A DNA stretch of 64,000 bases, taken from contig NC_059437.1 of NCBI RefSeq assembly GCF_021028975.2, positions 46,314,001-46,378,000 on the forward strand. The letters run 5' to 3'. Position numbers and translations under genes: made by a program. The notes beneath the pieces were generated by a model, which saw only the letters and a list, made by a program, of their open reading frames with translations, made no database searches and was not told where the DNA came from. This DNA comes from Sphaerodactylus townsendi. Taxonomy: Eukaryota. This document shows positions 11,901-24,961 of this stretch, in pieces (positions within the stretch are counted from its first letter, which is position 1; each line of letters opens with the position of its first letter).

Positions 11901-13254
11901 ACTGCAAGCTGGAGGGAAGCTATTTTTGAATTCTGTTTCTACTCAAAAGATTTCTTGAAAGTTAAAAAACTGCTTCGCAAGAAAAAAATCCAGCCTATTA
12001 ATTATTAGTTTATTAGTCCAGCCTATTATTAGTTTATTGTGTAACTGGATTTATTAAGAATCAGCAAATGCCTTGATGTAAAGAACTAGAAGCCCCCGAC
12101 AAAAGCTCAGGCTTGACCAGTGTTTGCCTCCCTGAACAAAAAACAGGCTTGCCATGAACTGCATGTACGCTAAGGTTATCAAAGCGTGCAAATTGAATAC
12201 AGCCTAATTTACACCCCATAGTATTGCTCAACAGATAACACTTCCCCGGGAGGGGGGAAACAAATAGTTCTTGTGGGATGCTAGAAGATTCCTGGAGCCA
12301 ACCATAAATTGCCTGAGCCAGTGACTGCTTATTAGAAGTAGATGCTAGCTTGTAGGATATTTTATACGTTCTCTGATGCATATGTTTGATGGAATAACTA
12401 AGATTTACTTTAGGTTTCAAAAGATAGAAATAATAATTTTATTTAGGCCAGGGAATAAAACATTGGTCTCTGTTTAGCTGAAAAGGCACCAAGCAGTCTT
12501 TCACACCCCCTCTTCCACAAGCCTCTCTTGCAAAAGCGAAACTAGACTGCAAAGATACACATCCAAGGGAACGTTCCTCAGAAGGAAAGCAGGTCCTTTG
12601 ATAGAAAACATCCTGAACAAGTGTGAATGGCCATTAAGCTGTCAATTTCCTGTCTCAGCAAAACCTTGGGACTAAGAGGCTACTCAGTTTGCTAGAAACA
12701 TGAATTGTTATTTTAAGGGCTCTACTATTTTATGTTGCTGACAAGCAGTGAATGTTCTCAATCTAGGTTGGCAATGAAAACAGCTGCATTTATTATCTTG
12801 ACGAGAGGTACCCCTAGATCTGTCAATAAATGACTTCACTGCTATTTACTATGCTGGGACCGGAATTTGGTGGCATTCTCCATCAGATAATAAAAGAATG
12901 TTGTATTCTGAAGTGTTAACTTGAGGTGCCATCCCCCTGTATGTATGTGTTTCTTATCATTTTATTATGTATGGACCAAACATTCTTTAACAGAATTTTT
13001 CCTATAAAAGAGGATCACTTTTTGCAGTCGTCGAGTCTGTCTCTGATGCTCCCGTTGGTCTCTAGAGTGATCTCTGATAAATAATTTTTTTCTGTTTTGC
13101 GCAAACTTTCAAAGGTCAGCAGTCTTCTCTGTCTTTTCCCTCATATATATTTGTTTTGTTCAAACTTTATCTTGACCCCCCTTTGCTCTGCTTCCTCTCA
13201 ATTTCCCTCTGACTTTAGTTAATGCCCCCCTCCCGAATTCATCATAAAAAATGA

Positions 13255-16200
13255 AAACCGTTTATGAAAAATAGTTTATTGCACAAAACCTTCCAAGGAT
13301 GTTTATGCACATCTTAATCCTTTTTAAATTAACATGCTTTTAAAGGTCACAATCATTAATCCAGAGTCAAACACAACTTTAACTATTCTCTCACAGTTGG
13401 GTCTCCCAATGAAAACAGTTACAGAGGTGATTTTTTTCCCCCTCCCTAACCAATACAATGTAACTCAGCAACTGGTTGAAAACATGAACAACGAGACAGT
13501 ATTTGCATGATAACATTTAGAAGTTGTTTCCAAGAAATTTACATAGGTCTACTCAAGGCAAGACTGGAGGCAGATGAAGTTTTGGAGAAAAAAAGTGTGT
13601 CCATAAAATATATTATAAAAAATGATGTGGCAGGGAATTCACTATCTAAATTTGGCTCATCTGTCATGCCAAAAATACAATTTGTCATGTTTTGGTTTAA
13701 AAAGGGAAAGATATCTAACTAACCTTAATGTTCCCTTTCACAGTTCATAGATTATAGCAATGATACTTAATATATCAGCACGCAGATGTCACTCTAGAAA
13801 CTATCCTGATTTCTCAGATATGAGATTTTTTTCCTGATAAAAGGGGGGGGGGGATATTGCTTAAGTGTAGGATGTGTCCAACTATATACCAGGGAAAGAA
13901 ATGAGTAACCAGGATGAAAAAGTTACCAAATAACTTGGAAGCCACTCAAGTTACCATACAACATACTGCAGAAGATGGGATACGCAACATATAGAAACAT
14001 CTGCTCAAACAGTTTTTTTATCCAACACTAGCAGACACTTGAAGAACGCTCTCAAACCCGCTGTCAAAATTCACAAGACAGTACTGACGTTTGCTTCATC
14101 TTTTAACCACACTGCAAGACACAGATAGCAACTGTCTGTCCTCCTGCCCCCTCCCTGTGCCATCTCTTTTTACCATTAGAAAGGCAGTTGAGAAGTATTC
14201 ACCACAAAGAATCAATTGACATGGGAAGTGCCTTCCAAAAATATATATATATATCCATTTGCAGAACGGGTCCTATGAGGGATTAGTCCTCTGATTTCTC
14301 AAAGCCTGAAATTTTAACTGAGGCCCGACTCAGTTACTTGGTAGAGATCTACCTAAGAAATCTGAGATTGCAGAAGGAACCTTCTTCTCAGATGTAAGTT
14401 ATGGAGAGAGTACAGGGCTCCAGAGAAAGAAGGACAGATCAACAATGAACTTCATTTCCTTAACTTTGTGGGCTACCACAGCCATTTGGAAGGACGCATT
14501 GTATTTTTCTAAGCTTAAGGGCTGGATCTACAGAAGGGTAATTCGGCATGCTGGTCATGGAACTGATCTGTCCATCCACGCCCTCTGCCTGGCTTCTAAA
14601 CCTTTTTATGCCACCAGAAAAGCCGCCATCTAACAGGTGCAGGATGCTTGGGATTATCAAGGGATGTAGTTTGAGGAAGCAGATGGGCAGGAGGGAAATC
14701 TGTAGAAACCCACAGGCACCTCGAGTGAGCAGAAGTGCGTTATGCTTGGACAACTTTGGGTCCAGTCTTAGATGTGTAAGTTTTGCTACCACAATGGTCA
14801 AATGGCAGATGTAACTAGGAGAGAATGCGGTCTTGCAAAGGGTTGGGTAAATAAAAAGGAGACTTCCTTCAGCTAAAATACAACATAATGTGCTGTTTTC
14901 CCTCCAAGAAGGAAAACATGGGCTTAAGGCTACACTGCTTGATAAATACACAGTCTGGCTTCTTTTAACAAGCTGGTCAGGAATTGGTGAAACCTTGAAA
15001 AACTGGTTTGACTAATTCCCTAGAACTCATTCAGAGAACTCATTCAGTATTCTGGAAATGTGTTCAGCAACTGTGAATGCTTCTTGTAAGCTCAATAAAT
15101 TCTTTATGGGCACTCAAGGTACCCAACTGAATATTAATACATATATATATATATACACACACACACATATACTAGGTTCTTCCGGTAAATAATACAGTGT
15201 GCTAAGAAGCAACATGAAAATCTCATTGGTGCAGATTCTGGAGTTGGATATATATTAAACCATTACAGATTATTAACTTTGGTGTTTAAACACTATTATA
15301 TTTTTCCTTTTTTAAAAATTACCAGGTATGTAAGCTTCTAAAAGGTGGAGGACAGCAGCAAGAAAAGAAATCACACATTACTATTTACTCTGTAAAACAG
15401 ACTTTAGTAGTATAAGCCTTCAGTTTATCTGGATCAGTCAATAAAGCTTTTAGGGTTTTTTTCCATCTTGATAAGTTGATTAGTCTTTCAAAATAGCTTA
15501 CATCAACGTCCACAAAGTATCCTTCCCCACAAATGCAAAAAAAATGTACTTTACATTTAAACGAGTACCTTTCCTTCATATATTAGAAGCACAAATTAAA
15601 ACATCTTACTGGACTTTCAAAAAGCCAGTCATTTTCAACAGCAAACCGTTCAACGTGTTTAAAACACAAGTGGGGTGGGGGGGGAGAAGAAGTCAGAGAA
15701 TCGGTCAGTTTTTAAAAAGTAAAATGGAACACATTATATAGCTTCCTGTCCTCGAAGGAAAGTTAGAATTGGGCCAACGCTATAGCATTGCTGCAGAAGC
15801 GGATTCTGTCAGGTGAACAGAATTATCTGAAACACCTCCACATTAAAAGGGCCACCCAAGCAGTGACATCCAATGAAGTCAATGGGCTTAAAATGGTGTA
15901 ACTTTGCTTAGGACAGCACAGTAAAGGCAATCTTATCCTCCCAAAAACATACCTGTCTTTGAGAAATTTGATTAAAAACAGAGATCTGCAGATTGGGCCA
16001 TTTTCAGTGGCAGAAATCCTTAAGCAACTTCCTCTAGATTTGTCATGTTTACTCTGAATAGATCTGCCCTATAGCAAACCTGGAACGGAACATGGCAATG
16101 CACACGTGACTGCTGCTGAAAACAGGAGCGGTGTGGCCAGGGCCTTCATCATAACATGTTGTACAACATACCCATGGTTGCTTTGCATGATGAAGAAAGG

Positions 16201-17733
16201 AGTGATCCAAATATTAAAGGGTCAGTGAACTGCATGTTACAGCCTACACTTCCGCACCTTTTCAGCATCTATCATGGTAAATCCTACATCCCCATTCATT
16301 CTCCTAGCTGGAATTTTTCCTAGCACATCCTAGAGTGCAGTTCAAAGTGCGAAGCAAGCAAAGTCTGTTTGCTTCAGAATCTAGTGAGTTGGAAGTTTTT
16401 GCATCATCAGCTATGGGGCAGGGATGGAAGAAAGGTCTAAGGCATGTTGCTTCATTTTGGCTTCAGCTTGCTAATGTTAGATCAGCAGGCTTGTCCGCAA
16501 AGAAGGCTACGTGAGCATCAAGCTCCTAATCAGGGGAGTTAAAGCTAACAAACAGAGGTGTATAGGCAATATATAACATTCGTCTTTGAAAGATTCTATA
16601 AATGAATTAATTACACTGCTAAAAAGCTTTGATTTTAGGGTTAGCTTTCCTGAGTCCCTTATATACAATATTTTCCAAACACCGAACTAAAAGATGTAAT
16701 TACATTAGAAGTAACAACAAAACCTCAAACCCTGGCAATTTGTCACCAGCAATATATAAGCCTCTTAAAACATACTCCAGGCTAGAACAGGGTTATGTAT
16801 TTATATGGGCCCTGTCGCTGGAGTTGTCTTCTACCTAATCCCCACCCACTACCCCGCAAAAGTGCAAATAAATCTGCCAAAGTAAAACAAAGCTCTCTAC
16901 TGGCTTTTGGGTGTGGATACTAAAGCCATTTAGTCTGAAACAGACCCAGTTGATGCAAGGGAGCTACTTCAGAGCATGTTACCTTGAGATTCATGGTTAC
17001 AAAAGAGATATGCTTCATATTGATCAGCTGCTACTGTTAATGCAATGAACCAAGGGTCTCTCTGTTGACAAAGACTGGTTTGAAGCCAAACATCAGAAGT
17101 CACCACCTGACTCATATTCCAAAATCTGGACCAGACTAAGTCACTATGGATGACATCTGCTAGCACAAAAAAATAGTCCTTTTCAGATGTTACATCCATG
17201 CATATGGAGAGCAATCACGTATGGATTTTCCCAATACGTGCAGTCATCATGTTGTCTGACTGGAGCACTGTGCATATTTTGCAAGTGCAAACGTCTTTAG
17301 TGCATGAAAACCAACCGCTGGCTTTTTTGAGCATATATGGAGGATCGCAGGTCATATGCACTCCTGATACGTGTGGGTGTAACCTCTGAAAAAACCTACT
17401 GGCATAAAAGCCAATTCACTTTGCAACCAAATTTGGTTTCTGTTCATTATAGAGACGAGGGTGACAAGGAGCAAGAGAAAACAATTCTCTTGGAAACTTC
17501 TGGACGCACTGAAGTCAGTTCTCTACCAAAGTATGACTCTCTCCAGAAAGGGTCGATGGATTTAAGGAAAGATTAGCAAAGTTCTGACTTCAATTAGCAT
17601 TTTGCCTATTTTCATTTCTCTGTTACTAAAAGGAAAGATGGAGAACTCGAAAGTCAGTTTTTTAACAAAATGCATCGATAAAGACTTTTTACATATCTAG
17701 AACAGTGATGAAGTGAAGCAAGGAGGACTGAGG
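13255..17733 (-). other. GOLGA3: GOLGA3 long 3'UTR (~4.5 kb)
   Basis: Repeat-poor stretch after the stop codon, unlike the TE-rich introns; ends near a minus-strand AATAAA at 13280-13275 followed by U-rich sequence. The exact end is inferred. Confidence 0.6.
13275..13280 (-). terminator. Putative GOLGA3 polyadenylation signal AATAAA
   Basis: Plus-strand TTTATT at 13275-13280 with a downstream (minus-strand) T-rich tract. Confidence 0.55.
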
Positions 17734-17941
17734 TCACTGCATTATCCCTTCTTTCCCACCAGCACTGTGATTATGCACCTTTAGACCTCTATTGGGAAGT
17801 TCCTGGTTCCCTGAGGCAGAGGCAGGGAAGGATGTAGTAAGGTCCGTTAACTGCCCTTCTATCTGTGTCCATGAAGACATTGATTCGTGTACTGTGATTG
17901 TGTGCTCCTCCATTTGACGTTGGAGGCTATCCATCTCCTGC
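17734..17941 (-). CDS. GOLGA3: GOLGA3 terminal coding exon 23 to the TGA stop
   Basis: ccaaag|G CAG GAG ATG; QEMDSLQRQMEEHTITVHESMSSW...GKEGIMQ*; stop at 17736-17734. Confidence 0.95.
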
Positions 17942-18939
17942 CTTTGGAAAGCAAAATAAAAGGGGGGGGGGAGGGAGGGAAGCCATTAATCAGGTGATAA
18001 ACAGTAGTGAAGGACAGATACAATCAGAGTCATGGCAAGGTATAACTTACCATGCGAACCTTAAGCACTGTTCTTGGGTTTTCTCAAAAACATTGTTCTA
18101 GATGACTATCTGGAACCTGTCTTGCGTCTGATAATTAGTGCTCGTATTTGTACTGGCTCACATTGGAAATCAAACTAGTACACCCCTTTTCATAGCAGAT
18201 TTGGTATTAATGTCCAAATCAATACATTAATGGAAGATTAAAATCCAATCCCTGCTGTAACAAATGTATTGAAAAATCAGCATTATTTGTAATGCACTGG
18301 AATTGTAAATAACCATTTGCTTGTGTTATATTGGTTGGTTTCTGTGCTGATGACTAGAAGGGGATTGACCGCTCTTTGTTGTATACTTGCTTGTTTAGTG
18401 CATATAATAACAACTGGAACTAAACAATTCTGGGATAAACGGGTGGAGAGTCACATTTCAAACACTTGAGCAAACAAATCGAACATTCTCCTAAAAATAG
18501 CATTTGACAAAGTGCCTGGTATACAAGCCTGTTGGGTCCGAACGAGTCAGTGGTGTAATGGTTAGAATGCTGGACTCAGGCCGAATCCCTGCTCTTTCAC
18601 AGGAACTTGCTGGATGACTGAGGGCCACTCACATACTCTCAAGCCTAACTTACCTCACACAGTTGTTATTAGGATAAAATCGAGGAGAAGGAAAGGAAGT
18701 TTCACATTCTCATGTAAAAAACGAGTGCAAGTTGATGCATAACATGAAAACTAGAGCCAGGAGGGGGCATTTTTGATTAACTTCATCAGACTTTTAGAAT
18801 TCAGCTGATAGAAGGGGAGGATCCATACTCTTCTCAGCCCCATTTTCGCATGGAGTTTGAAGAGCGAATAAGTGGACTGCCTGCCATTCCCTCAACAGGT
18901 AGTGGGCTAGGTATAGCATACAGAGCTGGAGGAAACACA

Positions 18940-19496
18940 GGCCGTTTCCGCACGGCCTCCAGTCGCCCCCACGCCGCCAAGAGTTCTGGCGGGCGTTAGG
19001 GGTGTGAGTCTGCCTCGCGACGCAAAGCGTTGGCGGCGAAAGCAGGCGGCCGAGGCCGGCAGACGGCAGGCGGCTCTGCATGGGAGTGGCGCCTCTTCCT
19101 GCCACTTCGGAATCATTGTCGTTGCTTAGCCGCAGTCTCCGCTTCGATGCTGCCCTCCTCACCCTGGAGAGCCTGGAGACAGCGGTCGGAGGACAGTGTA
19201 TGGGCGGCTACTTCAGCAGGCTACTAATGGTACACGAGGACACCGGGTGAGTGGGGCTGAGACGGAGACAGTTGCCTCGGGCGGCGCTGGCCTCGCATCC
19301 GGCTGGAAGACGCTTTCTCCCAACAACAACCCTTTAAAGGGTTGTTGCTTAGGGCCGCCTGACGCCACCCTGGGGAGGTGGAAGGGTCGCCGGGCTAAGC
19401 TGGGCGCTGCAGCAGCTGGGCGCTTCAGGTGAACGGGCGCCTGGGGGGCAGCGCTTTACCCCAGGCTTATCGTTAATGGGCCGTGCGGAAACGGCC
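18940..19496. mobile_element. GC/CpG-rich PIF/Harbinger-like MITE
   Basis: Perfect 18-bp TIR ggccgtttccgcacggcc; 3-bp TSD aca. Confidence 0.8.
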
Positions 19497-19654
19497 ACAG
19501 AATTTCCTGCTGATTCCCAAGACTGAAGAGGGATTGTGGTTTCTCATGACCCCCGTGTGATCATACTCTTGGGTCAAAAACTAACCAAAACTTTCAAACA
19601 CTTTGGGTACAATTCTACACCTTAGCAATATGCAGTTAAACCAGATTTACTCAC

Positions 19655-19818
19655 TTGAGTTGCTGGAGGCAGCTGTTGAGATTTTTCAAAGGCTCTTTAC
19701 TCACAGCTGCTGGAGGCTTCAACAGCTCTTCCAGCAAAGCTGCAGGGACAGGGCAGTCGGGAATCTTCACCGGAGTCGCAGGATGGGAAGAATTTGCCTC
19801 TCCCTTCAGTTCTTTCCT
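19655..19818 (-). CDS. GOLGA3: GOLGA3 coding exon 22
   Basis: tcaaag|AGG ... AA|gtgagt; 164 nt; RKELKGEANSSHPATPVKIPDCPVPAALLEELLKPP...LNSCLQQL. Confidence 0.95.
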
Positions 19819-20191
19819 CTTTGAAAGGTGGAAAAAATCACATCAGAAACAAGCAAAGTAACTTTCTTAGCTGTAAACCAATTTGAGCAGGCCTCTGGAG
19901 AGGTAGCTCACTTCATAAACTAAAATAACTTTTCTTCCATGACCACATTTGAGCATCTGCTTTGCGTGCAGAAAATTCCAGGTTCAGTCTTTGGCATCTC
20001 CAGGTATAAGGATCAGGTAGCAGGTAATGTGCAAGACCTAGCTGAAACCCAGGAGAACCACTGGCGACAACCAGAACAGACAATGGTGATCAATACACGG
20101 CACCTTCACCTGTTCATAGTAATCATGGAAACCAGACTGTTTGAAGTCTTGCTGTATAGTTTCTTACCAGAAAAAGTCCAAATCAAGATGA

Positions 20192-20588
20192 ATCCATGCC
20201 CTACGAGGAGAGACTTAGGGAACTGGGTATGTTTGGTTTGGTGAAAAGAAGGTTAAGAGGTGACATGATAGTCACGTTTAGATATTTGAAGGGATGTCAT
20301 GTTTGTTTTCTGCTGCTCCAGAGACTAGGACCAGGAGTAATGGGTTCAAGGTGAAGGAAAAGAGATTTCACCTAAACATCATCAGGGCTAACCTCCTGAC
20401 AGTCAGGGGCCGTTTGACAGTGGAAATGCACTGCCTCGGAGTGTGGTGGAGTCTCCCTCCTTTGGTAAGGTTTTAAGGAGAGGCTGGATGGCCATCTGTC
20501 AGGAGTGCTTTGCCTGTGTGTTCCTGCATTGCAGGGGATTGGACTTGACGGCCCTTGGGGTCGCTTCCAACTCTATGATTCTAGGATT
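20192..20588 (+). mobile_element. CR1 LINE 3' fragment
   Basis: Degenerate CR1 ORF2 end ([24 protein letters not shown]) and a ccaactctatgattcta tail. Confidence 0.85.
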
Positions 20589-21611
20589 ACAGAAAATTAA
20601 AAAAAATTATACTAGTAAATAATAAGAAGGATTTGGATAGTGCTGTCATGGCTTCAAACCATTTCACTTCCACTACTGTTTTGCAAGATGGATATTATTT
20701 CCATATTGTGGATGGAGGGATGAGACATATGACTTGCCTAAAGAGAACTAGTAAGTCTGTGGGCAGAGGTGAGATTCGTAAGCTCAGCCACTCAACTCCA
20801 GTAACTCCAAGGACTCTTTTTTTGTGACTGATGGCATTGTACAGAATTGGAAAGGAGCCACGAACTATCAAGGACTCACGCCCTTGCCACGAGTAGTGCT
20901 ATATCTAATAATAGACTGGCTGGTCATAATAGACAGGCAAGGTCAGCATCTACTTACTCAGGGAACTGTCCAGGCATGCTGGGAAATTGGATTTTGCAAG
21001 TTAACCAAAGGGGGAAAACAAACTGTCTAATGAAGACTGAGCATGCTCCAGCAGGAACGGAATGTGGGGGGTGGTTAAAAACCAATGGAAGGGGAATAGT
21101 TGTGGCTGGGTAGAGTGCAGTGTCCACCTGCTCAAGCCCCTGACAGCTTAGAGAAGAAAAAGAGAAGAGAGCCAATGTAGTGCAGTGACTGAGAGCGCCA
21201 GCCTAGTATCTGGAAGACCCAGGTTTGAATCCCCACACCTCAAGCCAAGGAAGCTCTCACTCAGGACTTTTGTAGCAGTCAGGTTCTCTCAACATGACTA
21301 CCTCGCAGGGTTGCTGTGGGAGGATAAAATGGAGGAGAGGAGAATGCTTTGAGTTCTCAATTGGGGAGTAGGGGCATGGATATGAATTAATGAACAAACA
21401 TTTTCTGAGAGGTGGGAATTTCAAAAAATCCCACCCCTCCAAATGTTTGCTTATTTATTTCATTAATTTAAAAAAATCCCACCCACCCCCTCCACTGATA
21501 TTTCTCACAGGATTTTATTTATAAATTCCTAAAAGATGGTAATTCAGTTTCAGCTTAAACATCCACCAAAGGAAACAACACAACTTGCAGATTGTTGGCA
21601 GCCCACTAGAA

Positions 21612-21788
21612 CAGGCATTTGCAACCTGCGGCTCTCCAGATGTTCATGGACTACAACTCCCATCAGTCCCTGCCAGCATGGCCATGCTGGCAGGGACTGA
21701 TGGGAATTGTAGTCCACAAACATCTGGAGTCCATGAATGGGAATTGTAGTCCATGAACATCTGAAAAACCGCAGGTTGCAGACCCCAG
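21612..21788. mobile_element. hAT hairpin MITE
   Basis: Palindromic ccagatgttcatggactacaa.tcccatcag core; 8-bp TSD cactagaa. Confidence 0.85.
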
Positions 21789-22091
21789 CACTAGAACAAT
21801 CTAACTAACCTTTGATGAGGGAAATATGGGATGACAGTAGTTTGCTAAAACAGAATGCTGCCACCTAGAGGAGGAGGAGGAGGAGGCCTGTCGTGTGGAG
21901 CATCTTTATGGCCAAGCGCTACAGGAGGGGAGGAGCTGGTTGGCTCTTTCTAGGGCAGCAGTTCCCAACCTTTTCAATATGGTGACCCACAAGTCCAAAT
22001 TAACTTGGTACAGTGACCTATTTAGGGCTGGCTCAAGGCAAACAGACCTTGACACCCATTTAGTTCATTTGTGTGTTTGTTCATTCTATGC

Positions 22092-22222
22092 AGCAGTGGC
22101 ATAGTGGTTAAGAGCACGTGTACTCTAATCTGAAGGAACTGGGTTTGATTCTCCGCTCTGCCACTTGAGCTGTGGAGGCTTCTCTGGGGAATTCAGATTA
22201 GCCGGGTACACTCCAACACACC
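22092..22222 (+). mobile_element. tRNA-derived Squam3-like SINE, 5' half
   Basis: Matches the head of the full copy at 56373-56668. Confidence 0.75.
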
Positions 22223-23313
22223 TTGAATCCATTACTCCGGGTCCTAGTCTCTAAGGCAGCAGAAAATCAGCTTGCTCCCTCTTTGACATGGAATAGAATA
22301 TAAGCCTGTTCAAAGATGCTGAGTTTCCTTTGTTTTGATGGTGGGGAAGTGGGCAGTGGTACAGAGTTACTTTGCAAGCAGATCTCCAAAGTTTACAGTA
22401 AGTAAGAAGGTGGGCCCCAAAGAGTACAATAAGAAGCATGTCTCCCTTCAGAAAATGTGGGAACCACACCTCTAGGGGATGGGGTGAGATGATTAGAAAT
22501 ATACCTGAGAACGCTACAGGGATCTCTGGCAGAGGTATTACCTGTGTACCTTGAAGCTGTCTGAAAGAAGTGACTGTGGGCCCTTTCCCCCAGTACCTGT
22601 CTGAAACTGCTGGGAAGGAAGGCTGGCCTCAGAACCCTTGAGGGGAAAAGACCTGCAAGCAAAGACCTGAGCAACAGGAATGCTGCTGAGGCAACGTTTC
22701 TGCCTGGCATCAAACAGATCACTCACAGATATTATGACTAATGCAAAAAGGCCCAAAGGACCGATCTTGCACTGACCACTTAACTTTGGCAACCAATTCA
22801 TGAGCGAAACTTTCACTTCATGAGTTACTCTGGTTTTCCTAGCAGAACTGCAGCTAGATCTTCTTTCCCACCTCTTAAATACAGAGTTTTGTATTTGGAA
22901 ATTATGCTTTAGGCTTGTGAAGGGCTTAACAGCCACAAATGCTTTGGAACTTTATTTTTAGACATCTGGACATCATAGTATTTGATAGGTTGTCTGTTTT
23001 GTTAACTATCTTTATGATCTGGTCTATGACTGTATAAAAAAATTCACATAAAGTACATCCTTAGTTTGCAGATTTAGGGACACACGTACATTCATTTATT
23101 CCAAGAAATAAAGTGTTGCAAACAACAGAGGGACCCCACCACTATCATTTAATCCTAAACTCACATATGTATGATGTGCTAAATGAGGATAATTGGGTTC
23201 TGGTCCTCTAGAGGAGTTGTCACCATTAATCCTGAAGGTGCTACTGGACTTCCTTCTGCTCCAGTCTGACCAGTTCTCCAGAAGAAGCCACCTCCCTTGC
23301 CTTTGTCACATAC

Positions 23314-23483
23314 CTTCTTGGTCCTCCCGTGTTTCAAGTCCAGCTTCAGCTGCTGGTTCTGCTGGAGGAGTGTCTTCATGCTGTTCTTCAGTTCGGTCAC
23401 TTTTGCCTGAAGGCTATGAATCCTTGTCCTTCTGAGTCAATGATTGATCGCCTCTAACCATCTCCAACTCTGTCTCTGATAGC
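23314..23483 (-). CDS. GOLGA3: GOLGA3 coding exon 21 (apparent +5 nt, multiple frameshifts)
   Basis: ccctag|GCT ... AAG|gtatgt; 170 nt versus 165 expected; TELEMV / LTQKDK and LQAKVTELKNSMKTLLQQNQQLKLDL lie in different frames. Confidence 0.9.
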
Positions 23484-23849
23484 CTAGGGAAGATGAAAGA
23501 GGCTAACCCCTGCTCCCAGCCAGCAGCCAATTTGGGCAGCTAACTCTCAAAATGCCAAAGTGTGCCCACAAACTCCAAAACAGGTTGGGGACCCCAGCTT
23601 AGTTCAGAGCCCAGAATCATGCGGTTTCCAGAGGTACCATGAATCCATACACCTTATCCAGCTTCTGCCAGAATGGCCAAATGGCCATGCTGGCAGGGGC
23701 TGATGGGAATTGTAGTTCATGAACATCTGGAGAGCCGCAGGTTGCAGACCCCTGCTCTAGCCCATACAAAAATGGTTTGCTTGATGAGTCTCTCCACCCT
23801 GATCATAACCCTCTAAGGCTGTTCCCTCAGGAAAGGTCAGACTCGATAC

Positions 23850-23972
23850 CTGCAAAACAGACTGTATGCCTTCCAGCTCTTTGTGGCTGCGCTGCTCCGT
23901 CAGGTCCAGCTGCTGCTTTAGGGCCTGGACTTCTCTCTCCTTCTGATCTACCTCCCACTTCAGGTCTTCAAT
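23850..23972 (-). CDS. GOLGA3: GOLGA3 coding exon 20
   Basis: atgtag|ATT ... CAG|gtatcg; 123 nt; IEDLKWEVDQKEREVQALKQQLDLTEQ...VLQ. Confidence 0.94.
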
Positions 23973-24828
23973 CTACATGCAGGGACAGAATGTCAAAACC
24001 CGATCAAGTCCATCCTGCACCCAGTAACATTCCACTGAAGTCAATGAGAATTCAACAGCCAATGGGCTTGCGTGGGAGTGAAAAAGAAACAGAAGATGCT
24101 GTGCACTGGATGTAGACTTAGAGCACAAATACACAGGTGCCTACACACCTTTGTGGGTGAGCGCAGAGAAGCCGATTTTGCAGTAAAGCCTGTTCACACA
24201 GGCAGTGGTTGGCAGGAACAATCCCTTCCGCCTCCCAAAAAGCAATTTGACAACACTGTGCAAAGCAACTGTGCTTTAAAAAAAGCACTGTAAGTGAACT
24301 GGCAAGGTGCATAAGCAAAAAACCTCACACATTACTATTTTTTCCTTATTTTTTCTCATTTCTTCTGGAAATACATTGGGTTGGATCCAAACTAAATTTT
24401 TCATCAGCAGAATGGACCTTTCCTGCTCCTCCCCCCGCCCAGCAGAAGCCAACCAACCTCCATGAAACGCGGCCCTTAAAGGATAGGGATCCTTGAGAGA
24501 CAGCAAGCAAGAAAGGGGTCCACGGCTGGAATGTAGAATCAGTAGATACTGCCAATTTAGTCCAGGATGAAGGTGGGTCAACAAGTGCCAGCCAATTAGC
24601 CCATGACACAGCCACCTGGCAACCAATCATTCTTGAGCACAGCAAAATTGGGAGAACCAGCAAAGGCAGCAGATGTAGAGTTCACATCACTTAGCAGTGG
24701 CAACTGTTCTTGACAGTGACATCTACACGCACGCCAGTGAAATGCTGGATTGTCGCGTTAGCCTGTTGGCAGAGCGGAACAGCTATTTGTGGCGGAGAGG
24801 AGCAAATGAACCACATTAAAGCTTTCAC

Positions 24829-24961
24829 CTCTTGATTTTCCACAGGCTGCTTGCTGAGCTGCTCATCCAACTGCTTCCGCAGGAGTTGAAGCTGGGCTCT
24901 GGCTTCTGCCAGCTCTTGTTGGAACTGGGACGCTTCTTCGGAATGCTTCCCGTTATCGGCC
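24829..24961 (-). CDS. GOLGA3: GOLGA3 coding exon 19
   Basis: ttccag|G ... GAG|gtgaaa; 133 nt; ADNGKHSEEASQFQQELAEARAQLQLLRKQLDEQLSKQPVENQE. Confidence 0.94.

Noticed and set aside
21612-21788. Pre-miRNA-like hairpins
   Set aside because: They are palindromic hAT MITEs with TIRs, 8-bp TSDs and many copies in the window.
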